In this document: one piece after another, positions 24,271-37,027 of the stretch
Numbering within the stretch: the first letter of the stretch is position 1
How the letters are laid out: every line of letters starts with the position of its first letter
DNA from: Malacoraja senta
Taxonomy: Eukaryota
Direction: 5' to 3'
Length of the DNA stretch: 60,000 nucleotides
NCBI GenBank assembly: GCA_038087875.1
Contig: CM075988.1
Coordinates: 15,440,001-15,500,000 of the forward strand
The notes under the pieces: model-generated
Database searches by the model: none
The model's input: only the letters and a program-made list of their open reading frames with translations
What the model was told of the DNA's origin: nothing
Made by a program: the position numbers and the translations under genes

Positions 24271-27034
24271 TTTTAGGTGGGACAGTTTTGGCTACCCCTT
24301 CGCATAGACCTGGGACGAGGGTAAGTGTATCACCTTCTGACCCCTCAGAGTCGCCCCGTCATCCACTCAACCCAAGACTCTACTCACCTGCCGGACACAG
24401 TCACGAAGCTGGTAGAGCTGCTGCCTCACAGTGCCAGAGACCTGAGTAAGAGCCTAGCCTTGGGTTCTGTCTATGTAGAGTTTGCACGTTCTCCCTGTAA
24501 CTGCATTGGTTTCCCCCTGGTGCTCTGGTTTCCTCCCAAATCCCAAGGATGTGCGGTTTGTAGGTTAATTGTAGAGGTACTCGTGGTAGCCTGGAACCAC
24601 CCACGGCACAGGGAATCGATCGCAGAGAGTGTAGCCATGAACACAAAAAATATAACACATAAATTTGATTAAATTGCCAATCTCTTTCCATGTCTTCTTA
24701 AAGGTAATTTTGTTATATGGTGAAAGTTTATTCGTAAGAAACGTCATGCTGTAGAAAATTGTATTAGAAAATCTATCTTGTCAATGGGGGAAAAGAGGGA
24801 AGCAACAGCCTGTTTTTTTCTGTTAGATTTTCAAAAATAAAGGTATTTTTAATAGCTTTACATTTATTTTAGCCACTAAGCTAAAAATACTGAAGGCTAT
24901 ACATGACATAGTCTAAAATAGTATGGTTGTACAAGTGTGATTAGAAATAATTGCTTAAAAAAGAACTGCAGATGCTGGAAAAATTGAAGGTAGACAAAAA
25001 TGCTGGAGAATCTCAGCGGGCGAGGCAGCATCAATGGAGTGAAGAAATAGGTGACGTTTCGGGTCGTAATTGCTTGTAAATTACAATGAATGTGTTCTGA
25101 AAAGACAATTGTGTTTGGTTACTCTGGGGCGGTTACATAGAAACAACTTTTTTTGTCCCTGGACTTTTTTTTTTAACAAGACAGCTTTTTTCCCCTTCTC
25201 AATTTCCAAAGTAATTTTAAAGTAGTTCTCCAGTCATATTATAACTAATTCGGCCCATGTATTACAAACAATGTTCCCCAATTCATATTGTTATATCTAA
25301 TTGGTGGGTACAGCAAACTCACGTTGCTGTAGAATTATGGATTTGAGCAAGCGGCAGCTTCCATTGAGTGCATAAAAAATAAGTGAATCTCAGTTGTTAG
25401 ACCTTTGCACGTTCATTTTATTTTGTCAGCTATAAGAATATAGGTAACAGGTGCAGAAGTGGGCCACTTGGTCCTTCAAGTCGACCCTACCATGCAACAT
25501 GGTCATACAGATCTGCCCCAAGCCTCATCCAGTTTCCCAAAGGGCCCCAATTCTCAATCGCTCAAAAGCATAGCAGCCTCCTCTTTCAATGCACTAATGA
25601 TCTTGCCTCCATAATCCTCCAGGATAGAGAAGGATTCCAGCGATTTATAACGCTTTATGAGAAGTTTGCGAGTTGTCTCCTAGTCTTGAAACTATGTCCC
25701 ATTGTTTGAGGTTCACCAAGTAGTAGAAAAATCCCAACATCTATCCTGTCATGTTCCTCTATATACCCCTAATGCCTGTAAAGTATATGGATCTAATTTC
25801 CTTAGATACACCCTTATTCCTTCAATTAGACATATGTACATGTCACGCCATCTCTTATTTCCTCCTGCATGTATGCTGTGTAGCTATATGAAATGTAACA
25901 GCATCCTGTAAGCCACAACCTTGTGAACAGCTTCCATTTCCGGTAGAAACCCAACACATCTTGAAAGTTGAGAAGCGTGGTTTAAAGTTGTTGTCTTCTT
26001 TGATGTTTCTGAGTTTTCAAATAACTTTCTCCTGACCTCATCCAGGATTGTCATGAAGCAATTGGCTCAGATCCTTATTCTTCCTGAACATTGACCAAAC
26101 AATGGCTTCAGCAATTGACGAGCTGAATCTTTGATTGGGAGTTGGATTAAAGCTATACTAACTGGGAAAGGTCAACATGTTGATCACCTACTGAGTTTGC
26201 ATCCAATGCAACCTCGACTGATTGCAAAATAGAAATGGTGGAGGGGAATGCTTATTTTGCTTAATCTTGTTCCACTCAGTGTAAATAGACTTACTGGCCT
26301 GGGTAGCAAGTTGTTCCCTAGTTTGATGAACACATGCAAGACAGAATATAACATGGAAGACAGCACAACACACCGGCTTACACACATTCCATGCTTCATC
26401 TGATCAAATCATCGCAGGGTATAGCAACAAGGAACTGCAGATGCTGGTTTACAAAAAAAGACACTAAGTACTGGAGTAACTCAGCGGGTCAGGCAGCATC
26501 TTTGGAAAACATGGATATGTGACATTGTTAGTCGGAACCATTCTTTAGTCTGACGAAGTGTCCCGACCCGAAACGTCACATACCAAATAATCTCAGGCCA
26601 CATCTGGACATCAGGGTTAGTCTGAACCCAAACTCCTTCCTTCTGACCCATCAAAGGCTCGCGAGACAGTGTTAGCACAGAACAGATGCACAGTAAAAGG
26701 CCACTTTTTCTATGGGTTTTATAGTGGTTTATCAAATTAGTTCCTCTGTAAACAGAATGCTGAGTTATCAAAGGGTTAATTAATTTTCCAAGACGAGCTG
26801 CTCTGCTGATATGAGGTGGGTGGGGAGCTGACTCTTGCTCAGAGCGGCCCTGAGATGCAGTGTGGTTTGATACAACGCTGCTTTCTGATCTTGGGGCTTT
26901 GCGAGTTGTCTCAATAAGGCTATCAGTCACATCACTCCCCTCTGACGGAAGCGGTTTCACTTTGTGCTGTTTTGTTGCAATTCAGTCTCTGTTTGCTGCA
27001 GGAACTATTAGACTCTTGCCTGTGAGAGGTGAGG

Positions 27035-27460
27035 GCCTGTGTCAGTGAGCTAGGAGGACCTGTGTTAGTGAGCTAGGAGGACCTATGCCAGTGGGGTTGT
27101 AGAAACCTGTGTCAGTGAGTTGGGAGGTCAAGTGTCAGTGAGCTGGGAGGAACTGTGTCAGTAATCTGGGAGGACCTGTATCAGTAATCTGGGAGGACCT
27201 GTGTCAGTAATCTGGGAGGACCTGTGTCTGTGGGCTGGGAGGACCTGTGCCAGTGAGCTGGGAGGACCTGTGTCAGTAATCTGGGAGGACCCGTGTCAGT
27301 AATCTGGGAGGACCTGTGTCAGTAAACTGGGAGGACCTGTATCTGTGGGCTGGGAGGACCTGTGTCAGGGAGCTGGGAGGACCTGTGTCAGTGAGATGGA
27401 AGGACCTGTGTCAGTGAGCTGGGAGGAACTGTGTCAGTAATCTGGGAGGACCTGTGTCGA
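27035..27460. repeat. 23-bp minisatellite (GGGAGGACCTGTGTCAGTRAKCT), about 18 copies
   Basis: Direct tandem units with no unique spacers. Confidence 0.9.
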
Positions 27461-27959
27461 TAATTGTTGAAATGGATGAATGAAATAATCCAAATGTATC
27501 CCTCTTGGCTTAAATGCAGCAGAATTCCACCTGACAGTAAGAACAACCACATAGTCCCCAATCCTTAGTCATACAACCTAAATAAACTTAAAAACATGGA
27601 TAATTGTAGGCCCACTACTATTAGGTCAGAGGTACCCCTCTTAGCATTTACCACCCATGCCCCCCTCTCCTACCCATCCCAGCACATTCAATGTCTCTAA
27701 CTTCTCCCTCCCATATTCCCAACACCATCCTTCCCTATCACTCCAGCCCACATCCATGTTTGATCTCCTACCACCCCTCCATTATCCTGCCTCTTCTCTT
27801 CCTTATCATAGTTCTCTCACTACCGCTCCCAATGCCTACCCCACCACCCACTACATCCCTACCGCCATGATCAATGCACTCCACCTCACTGCCATCCCCA
27901 TTACATCCCACCTCAAGGCAGGTTGGGAGGGGCAGGAGCAGTGACAGGGCTACGAAGCG

Positions 27960-28390
27960 CCTTTCCGAATAAATTTGAAGATCCTCCTTTATGTCTACAA
28001 AGCCCTTAATGGGCTTGCCCCCACCTACATCAAAAGTCTGCTTACCAACCACACCATCTCCAGGTCTCTCAGATCGGCCGACTTGGGGTTACATAAGCTC
28101 AGGGGCGACCACGCCTTTGCAGTTGCAGCTCCTAGACTGTGGAACAGCATCCCTCTTCCCATCAGAACTGCCTCCTCCATCAACTCCTTTAAGTCGAGAC
28201 TTAAAACTCATCTCTACTCCCAAGCCTTTCTTGACGTCCTCTGAGCGAGGGCTATATGTATGTAGTGATGTATGTATTTAATCTATGAACCACTGTTGTA
28301 TAACGTTAGTACCTCCACCAATGTAAAGCACTTTGGCCAACGAGAGTTGTTTTTTAAATGTGCTATATAATAAAAGTGACTTGACTTGCC
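27960..28390 (+). mobile_element. L2-clade LINE 3' fragment
   Basis: KILLYVYKALNGLAPTY...AFAVAAPRLWNSIP...FKSRLKTHL; its tail recurs inverted at 17825-17920. Confidence 0.8.
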
Positions 28391-28959
28391 TTGGAGTTCT
28401 CATGGATTCATGGAAGCGGATGGGAGCAGATGTCCAACCCCACCATTCCGATCCTACGGGAGGTGAAACCCATGTCACCTGGGCAACCAGAATAATTACA
28501 CGTTTGGCAGTACAGCCAATCCAGGAAGCTTTTGCCCCTTTGGACACTGTATTAGTTACAGAGATAGAGGTGAATTATTTTCCTTTGTTCCAGGGTCAGT
28601 TTGACCTGTTGGGGCTGGGAATGTTGATCTGATTATAGATCAGTGCTGTGTTTTCTGTTGTTTCATACACAGAGCTTCTGCATTGGGGGGCACTCAAACA
28701 GCAAGGAGCAGGCCAGAAGTAAGCAGGGTTTGTTGACCAGTGCGTGTGTGGCCCCGTGACTGAGCCTGACACCACAATCCCTTTAAAGGAAAATTTCTAG
28801 AAATAATCTTGGTGCATGGAAGTCAGAATTGTGTCTAATGATTGGTGAGGGAAGGAGTCACCTCGGCACACCAGAGTCCAGAGAGAGTGAAACCTTGGTG
28901 GGCAGGAGTTTCACTTGGCATCGCTGTCTTCAGCATTATGAAATTGGAATTTACTTCAC

Positions 28960-29110
28960 CCAGTGTGACACAACAATAGCCACATCCTGTTTCTCCCACA
29001 CGTCACCCTGCCGATCCAGCCAGGTGCTTCCTGAAGTCATTATTCTCGAATGTTTGACCCAACGTTACCTGCTGTCAGGCAGGAGATGAAATCATTTCCC
29101 GTGGAACACT
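28960..29110. promoter_or_regulatory. Candidate T-cell enhancer
   Basis: AGCCACATCCTGT ETS:RUNX composite (28978-28990), CGTCA CRE half-site, CAGGTG E-box, CTTCCTG ETS site in non-repetitive DNA. Confidence 0.45.
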
Positions 29111-29136
29111 CACCCTGGACTAGTCTGACTTGGGAT

Positions 29137-29440
29137 GACACAGTGTCGCAGCGGTAGAGTTGCTGCCTTGCAGTGCCATAGAACTGAGTTCGATCCTGAC
29201 CATGGGTGCTGTCTGTACAAAGTTTGCACGTTCCCCTTGTGTGCTTTTTTTTCCCCCTGGTGCTCCGGTTTCCCCCCACACTCCAAAGACGTACAGGTTC
29301 GTAGATTAATTGGCTTTGGTAAAAATTATAAATTGTCTCTAGTGCGTAGTATAGTGCTAATGTAAGGGGATCGCTGATCGGCGCGGACTGGGTAGGCTGA
29401 ACGGCCTGTTTCCGCTCTTTATCTCTACGCTAAAAACTAA
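29137..29440 (+). mobile_element. V-SINE
   Basis: SINE consensus. Confidence 0.85.
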
Positions 29441-29819
29441 AAGACACAGAAGTAGGCTGGAACTCCTGGAAGGTAAACCATTTTGACCTTCGTGGCATCT
29501 GGAAACATGGCTCCAACAATCCCCAGCATCAGGTCCCCAAACCCCAACCTGAGCCACCAATGTCGTCCTCTCCAATTCTTGACCCCTCTACTCTCTATGT
29601 CTTAAAGCCATGGCATCCCTCCACCATCCATGATGACCCAAACATTTGATGGGATTAAACCCCTAACTCAGTGATAACTGACCCCAGCCACCAACCCACT
29701 GGCGATCTTCTTGCTAGACCCTAAACCTCTTTGAAAATTCTCCTCCTCGCCTCCCAACTGCAGGCCCTGATCATCCTGACTTCAGCTCCAGTCAACAGGG
29801 ATATCAGGGAGAGCCCGTG

Positions 29820-30290
29820 CCATGATACAATACGATACAATAGAACTTTATTTATCCCATAAGGAAATTGGTCTGTCAACAGTCATAAAACACAACAGGA
29901 TACGTGAAACGTGAAATTAAACTGACGAGTGGAAAACCCAGGATTTGGGATGTGCAAAGATTGGGGAGGGGGGAAGGGGAGTCAGTCTACCCCAAGACAG
30001 AAGGGGGAGGAGTTGTACAGTTTGATAACCACAGGGAAAAAGGATCTCCTGTGGCGTTCTGTGCTGCATCTTGGTGGAACCAACCTGTTGCTGAAGGTAC
30101 TGCTCAGGTTGACCAGTGTGTCAAGGAAGGGGTGAGCTGTATTGTCCAAGATGCTCCACAGTTTGGGGAGCATCCTCCACTCCAAAACCACCACCCATTA
30201 ATCCAACTCCGCCCCCATGACAGAGCCAGCCTTCCTGATGAGCTTGTTGATTCTGTTGCCGTCCGCGGTCTTAGCCGCGAAGGAGAGGGC
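29820..30290 (-). mobile_element. Rex1/Babar-like LINE 3' fragment
   Basis: ILDNTAHP...RLVPPRCSTERHRRSFFPVVIKLYN and short-repeat tail. Confidence 0.7.
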
Positions 30291-33200
30291 ATCATGCCTG
30301 CATTCCCCATTCAATGTTACTGCAGAAACGCATGCCACTCTCTGACTCAGCATGTCCAGAGCCACCCTTGACAGGGACAGATGAAAGTGGACCTCACCCT
30401 CACAGACACAATTAAACCAGCATCTGCAGTTCTTTCCTTCTCACTGACTCACTCACTGACTCACACACTACTTGCACTACCAACCACACTTACTGATCCA
30501 TTCATCCACACACGATCGCCCCAACTGATATTTGCACTCCCATTCACTGACACACACTCACGGATACACGCATGCTCACCAACAACTGCATTCCCACTCA
30601 CACTCACTGACACACTCTTTGACATATTCGCTTTGCCTGTACTACCATGGCACCCACTCCTACCCGTATTCACCACCCTGCACAGTTGCGATGGGCTGTG
30701 TGGTTTGTGGTCTGTGATACTGTAAATAGTGAAGTTCAATGTTGTTTAAAGTTGCGACTTGCCTGGTAATCACAGGGGTGGGGATCAAATGCAGTTTTGG
30801 AGAAATCTCTAATCAAGGAAACTGCTTATTTTGTCAGTTTGCAATCAGCCCGACAACATCGACAACCCACAGATGATCAGTGTTTCAAAGGAAAAATATA
30901 ATGCCTGCTCACATTTTCCAGATGCTGTTTCCACTTGCTGCAGACTGTGGGCATCTATTTCAAGCACTCTTAATGAGGCATATCTGGTTGACAGTTGAGT
31001 TTGTCTTGGGCAATCTAAGAGGCATTCACTGGGACTGGAGTCATGTAGATCAGACCAGGCAACCTAAGGCAGTTACCCTCCAGCATGTCCACAAATACTC
31101 TCCTGAACTTCTACAGGTGTACTGTAAAGAGCATATTGTGGGATGCAAAACTGCGATAACATGGGACTAGTGACTGCTTATCGTTGGTTGGCAGGGGACT
31201 CAGCGGGCCGAAGGGCCTGTTTCCACTCTTTATCTCTAAATTAACTAAACTGAAAAAAACTCAAACACCCAGGAACGAAGGAGATTCCATAAAGTGGTGG
31301 ACACTGCTTGGTCCCTCATGGGCACTGACCTTCCCACCATCAAAGGGATTGATGAGAAGGCAGCCAGCATCATCAAGGACCCACACCACCCTAGCCACGC
31401 TCCCATTTCACTCTTGCCATTGGGAGAAACGTATGGAAGTCTGAAAACCATGACCTCCAGGTTCAGGGAGAGTTTCTTCCCAACCACCATCAAGCTATTG
31501 AACATGTCAAACACCAACTAAACTTCAAACTGCGACTTGCCTCAGTTGCACTAGGGGCTTCAACTTTTGTTTTGTTTTGGACTATATTGGGGTTTTATAT
31601 TTATTGAACTTTTTTTGTTGCCGTTTGTTTATTATGTTATCTATTGGTGATGATCAGCCATGATCACATTGAATGGCGGTGCTGGCTTGAAGGGCCGAAT
31701 GGCCTACTCCTGCACCTGTTGTCTATTGTCTATTGAGTACTGTGTTTACAAACCTGTTGTGTTGCTGCTGTAAGAATTATGTTGTTTCATTTTGCTACAT
31801 ATGACAATAAAACACTCTTGACTCTTGACTCCCTCAAGTCTAGGAATGACCAGATTTACCGTAATGAAATTTGGAATCATTACCTCTGATGGGCAGAGCA
31901 CTGAAATACTCACTGTAGTTGTACATGAACAAGTCATCACCTTCACCTTGGTGATGTTCAGAAAGATCTCAGGCCTAAGCTCTAAGGTGAGAAAGGAAAC
32001 ATTTTATGGAGATTTACGAGGCAAAACACCCCGTCGCCTAGTGTGTTTAGTGGAACGAGATCTGATAGTGACATTTTGGAGACATTTGGACAGGTAAATG
32101 AACAGGCAGGGAATAGAGGGATGCAGACAGGCAGATGGGATGAGTTAAATTGGCCTGGTCAGTACAGATACTGTGGGCCAAAGAGCCTGTTCTTGTGCTA
32201 TAATCTTTTCTGTTAATTATTACGTACATAGGTCGCTGTCTTTGCATGGACCAAAAATTGCTGTTGACGTTTTTGACTAATTCTCCTAAATGTCAGAAGT
32301 GACATCATTTGTTCTGTTATTGAGAAGTGACTGAGATTCAGTAATAGAGCCGAAAAATAATTCCATTGCCTCAAACAAGGTGTATATTTTCACTGATCTA
32401 GCAAACCCTGGCTTGTTTTTCTCAAGTCTCCTTGACTTCTTCAGCCTCGAAAGGCAGGGGTAGGGGCAACTCATGCGTATCTTTGCCTCCATGGTTGAGG
32501 CATCCTGTTCACCTGCCTCTGTAGTTTCCTTCCTTCCTTGCCCTGCCACCCATTCAGATCTCCTGCACTCTACTGCCAGATCCAAGCCCTGCATTCACAT
32601 CGTTCTGAGCGTACCACCAAACTTCGCACCCAAAATCCTCTCAAAGCTCATCGCACAAGACCCACCTCCTGTTCCGTTTATAGACACAAAGTGCTGCAGT
32701 AACTCAGTGGGTCAGACAGGTTCCGTTTATCCGGATTCCTCCAACTCCCATGCAATTTTGGTTTCATAACCTATGGTAGCTCTGTTGACCCTTGATTTAG
32801 AGTAGGTATATAACAAAGGCTCACTGGTTAGATTTCTCGGGATGAGCAGAAGAGGCAGTCATTCAACGGGAATGAAAGGCAATCTCACAGAATGATATAA
32901 AACTCTTACACGACTTGACAGGTAGTTGGAGGGACACTGTTTGTCTGGAAGACAGGTGATAGTCTTAGATAAACTTCCTCACTCACATGATAGTGATTCT
33001 TTGGAATTATTCCAAGACAGCATGGTGGAGTTTTAGTCATTACTATCAAGGTTGGATTAATAGATCCTTGGATATTAATGGAATCAAGGGGTTAGAATGG
33101 AACGTGAACCGGAGGTCAAAGATCCTCGGTGATTGTTTTAAATCTTAGAGCAGGATCGAAGTGCTGTATAATCTGCTTTTTCTAATTTCTTATTTTATTA

Positions 33201-34468
33201 ATTACCGACCATCCATCCTCTCCAAAGCCTCAGCATATTTCCATTGGACACAATGTGGTCTAACCAAAGTTTTCTACAATTGCAACATGATTTGTCAACT
33301 TTTATATTCAACACCCCCATGATTGAATCAAACATGCCATATGCCTTTTTAAACATCATATCCACTTGTGTAGCTAATTTTAGAAAGCCAAGGAATTGCA
33401 CCACAAGTTTATTCTTCACATCATTTGCTCCCAATATTCTTGCCATTTACTGAATACTTTGCTCTTTCATCTGACCCCCCCAAAACTGCAGCAAGCAAAT
33501 TCACATTCGATTTGATCTTGAGAGGAGTTTCCAATCACATATCTGAGTCATTGTTAAGATTTCCATTGATATCAGCTGTTTTTGAGCCCGTCAACTCATA
33601 AGCTGTTGATCTCCTCATCTGAGTCATTGCAAACCTTGGCCGTAACTTTCCCAATTGACTAATGTCAATCTCTTGTTTGAACTCTGCTGTTCATACCTTA
33701 ACTGGAATCAAGTCTTATTCACTCAGTAGCTCCCTGCCCGCAGTAGCTCCCTGCCCGCAGTAGCTCCCTTTGGATTACAGTCTACAATATTGAAATGAAT
33801 CTCTTCCTTGATTTGAAATCTTTCTGTGTATACAAGCTTCTCCCAGCCTCATGTCCTCCTCCAGCCCCACAAGCTTCCAACATCCATGCATACATTCAAC
33901 TCTGGCCCCTTGCATATCCTCCCACTTTAGTTGGTAGCTTGATCTACAGGCAGCTGGCCTTACATTTTGCAACTTCCTGTGTTATATCTTTATCTCTGTC
34001 CTGTAAAATCCTTTTTTTTAATCGATGCTTTGAGCTTTTGCTACACTGCCTGAACATCTCTTTATTTGGTTAGGTGACTGTTTTTTTAAATTTCATCATG
34101 CCTTTATTATACACCTTGAGTTATTCCTATGCATTAATGGGGACTTTCTTATTCATCCAAGGGATGTGGGCTTTACAGCCAAAGCCGCCATTTAATTGCC
34201 TATTTTGAATTGCCCTCGAGAAGGTGGTGATGAGTTGCCTTCTTGAACCGCTGCAGCCCTTGAGGTTTGGGTGTACCCACTGTACAATGTAAATATAACT
34301 GGCAATGTAGTGACCTGTGGAGCTGTCCTCAGCCATCCACACACCTTTGACTTGTAAGGCATTGTTGATGTGACGGGCCATCAGACAGGACATCCAGAAG
34401 TGACTGAACAGCCTACTCCAGATTACATCCAAATCTGCAGCCTGAACTGATTCAATTATGGCTTCACA

Positions 34469-34775
34469 AGGGCCTATCCCACTGTACGAGGTAATTCAAG
34501 AGTTCTCCCGAGTTTCCCCTGAATCGAACTCGGAGAATTACGGTAATAGCCGTTTGTAGGTACGCGGGGGCTCTCGTGGACATTTTTCACAGTGCTGAAA
34601 AAACTTCACGAGTTACCGCATTTCCCGAGTACCTGCCATTAGCATTACGAGCCGCTACGTGACATCCACGAGCTCCGATGTAGCCGCTACGTACATTCTA
34701 CGTACTTACCAGGAGTTTGATTTTTTTTAAACTCGGGAGAGCTCTTGATTTACCTCGTACCGTGGGACAGGCCCT
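34469..34775. mobile_element. Harbinger-type MITE (same family as 56508-56827, opposite orientation)
   Basis: AGGGCCTATCCCACTGTACGAG ... CTCGTACCGTGGGACAGGCCCT. Confidence 0.85.
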
Positions 34776-35250
34776 TTACAGAAGCTGTGAATCGCTGATA
34801 AACTAAAGTCAAGCTCTGATAATGCTGATAGATCTCAGTTTCAAATCCGGCTGAGCACAAAATAGCTTTAGCGGCTTACCCACATGACACTGTTTTATAT
34901 GAAATGCCGAGAGGTTCTTCAAGTTGCTGCAGTGGTTTAGAAAAGCATTTTGAGCAGCACTCGTGAGCAGCATGGGTAAATGGTCACATTTTCAACCTAG
35001 GACCTGAAGCTCAAGTGAAGTCTCCCGTCTAAGGCGAAGGCCCACTTTACAAAACTTGAGCACCATGTCCAGCCTCAGCCTCCAGTGCTGTTCTGAAGGA
35101 ACACCCACATAAGGACATATAATGAAGGCAAAGATCTTGCACCCATAATATGGAATGTTGGGAAAGAGTGATGGAGGAGAAATGAGGTTAAAATGTTTGC
35201 GCATCAAACTTGCACAAAAAAACAGATTGCTGGAGGAACTCAGCAGGTCA

Positions 35251-35572
35251 TGGGCCTGTCCCACTTACCCGACTTTTCGGGGCACCCGTCATAGGTCGTT
35301 ACAGGTCGCTGAAAATATTCAACATGTTGAAAATCCAGCGGCGACCAGAACAAGGTAGACCTTTGGGCGACCATTCACGACCATACAGGCTTCACCCCGC
35401 GACATGTCACTGGGGTGTCGCCTGTATGGTCGTGAGTAATCTCCTCAATCGCCCAAAGAGTTGTAACGTCTTTCTGGTCGCCGCTGACTTTTCAACATGT
35501 TGAAAATTTTCGACGACCTGCAACGACCTATGACGCAGTCGCGGAAAAAGTCGCGTAAGTGTGACAGGCCCA
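35251..35572. mobile_element. Harbinger-type MITE nested in a Penelope-derived repeat
   Basis: TGGGCCTGTCCCACTTA ... TAAGTGTGACAGGCCCA with 3-bp TSD TCA. Confidence 0.85.
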
Positions 35573-36967
35573 TCAGGCTGCATCTGGAGAGGGAGATGGA
35601 TGGACAAGTTTTGGGATTGGGACCCTCATACAGATCCAAAACATCTATTTGTCAATTTTGCTCCCTGGATGGTGCCTGACCTGCTGAGTTCCTCCAGCAG
35701 TTTGGGTTTTTTGGTCAAGATTCCAGCATCTGCATTCTCTTGTGTCTCTAATTTATTCAACGTGCTCTTGGAAAAGGTTCATCTTTGGCAAATCATAGAT
35801 AAGGTGGGGTTTTTTCTCAGCCAGAAGGCCAGCTATTAGTAAGCTTCTATTCTGCAATAGTGGTTAGTATGAAATTATTCGCAGCGTAGTTAACCTTGAA
35901 CCAATAATCTAAAGTATATACTTTACACTTCCTGTTTGGCATTTTTCAGAATGTACATCATAATGGAAACACAATCCTTGGCGTCACGGACCAAGCAGAA
36001 ATCTGAGGTAATCAAGAGGAAGGTCCACCTTTTGACTACAGTTTAGGGGGAGACTGATATGGGATGAACCTTTCCTTGACGTTTGGCCTCACATGCAATA
36101 AGTGAGTGCTAGATGGGGTCATTATGTAAAGGCTGCTGGTGCCTCCTGACACCTCAGACATTTCTCATTGGGTGCAAGGCCCTCTGGTGTGAGAAGTGAT
36201 ATGAATGCTTCCTCTTTTCTTAACTTTACAATAGTCTGAACAAATCTGAAATAACAAATGTCTCTAAAATCTTGCAAGATGCCTTTGAAAGCATTAAGTG
36301 GCCAGTGGTTCAACAACAGAATATTTCATGGGAACAAATCTGTTTATTTTTGATCATTAGCAGGGGAAATTCCATAGACACAAGGAACTGCAGATGTTGG
36401 TTTTCAATAAAAAGACTCAAAACCCTGGGTCAGGTGAACATGGATCTCTGGAGAACATTTAGAGGCAACTTGGTAGTTCCCGACCCAAAATGTCGCCCAT
36501 CCCTGTTCTCCAAAAGAAATTCTCCAAAAGAAATTCCATGACGTCAGTGGAGCACTGTGCAACTCATTAGTATTCTCACTCAGTTATTTAAACTCCTACA
36601 CCAGTATACACCAGGACAAAGGCTTCAAAGAATGTGCCCAAAGCAACCTGCAATTGCTGAGAGTAGGCTTAACAATACTCCAAAGGAATCGTGTTACACC
36701 TTGACAGCAGGCCAAATATGGATTAAACATGGAAGAAGGGCCTAAAAAGAACTAAAGGAATTAAGATACATCTATTTAAGAATAATTCATGGCTCTTTCT
36801 AATTTAAAGTTACGGTTCTCCAAAGCAACATAAACACTAAAGCCCTGAACTTCTGTAAGGTTATTGGCAAACAAGGTCGATCTCTTTGTTTTCTGGGATC
36901 CCAAAATGTTTCAACAAATAGAGGGAAGCTGGGTTTCCAGATGTCATTTGAGAAGTAGCCCCATCAT

Positions 36968-37027
36968 TCACGGGAATCGCTTTTTGGCGAGCTGGCTGTA
37001 CGTGGCTTTTCCATCGTTGTTGAGATG
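36968..37027 (-). CDS. Copy B last coding exon (completes ITAM YSHL-x7-YSQL)
   Basis: ttttttttag|HLNNDGKATYSQLAKKRFP*. Confidence 0.9.
   Translation of the reverse strand, partial: HLNNDGKATYSQLAKKRFP

Noticed and set aside
27035..27460. CRISPR-like regular repeats
   Set aside because: Head-to-tail minisatellite with no unique spacers, in vertebrate DNA
23700..36900. A further CD3-like gene in the CD3E-copy B interval
   Set aside because: No Ig, TM or ITAM exon with splice sites recognised by eye; mostly repeats, though short exons could have been missed
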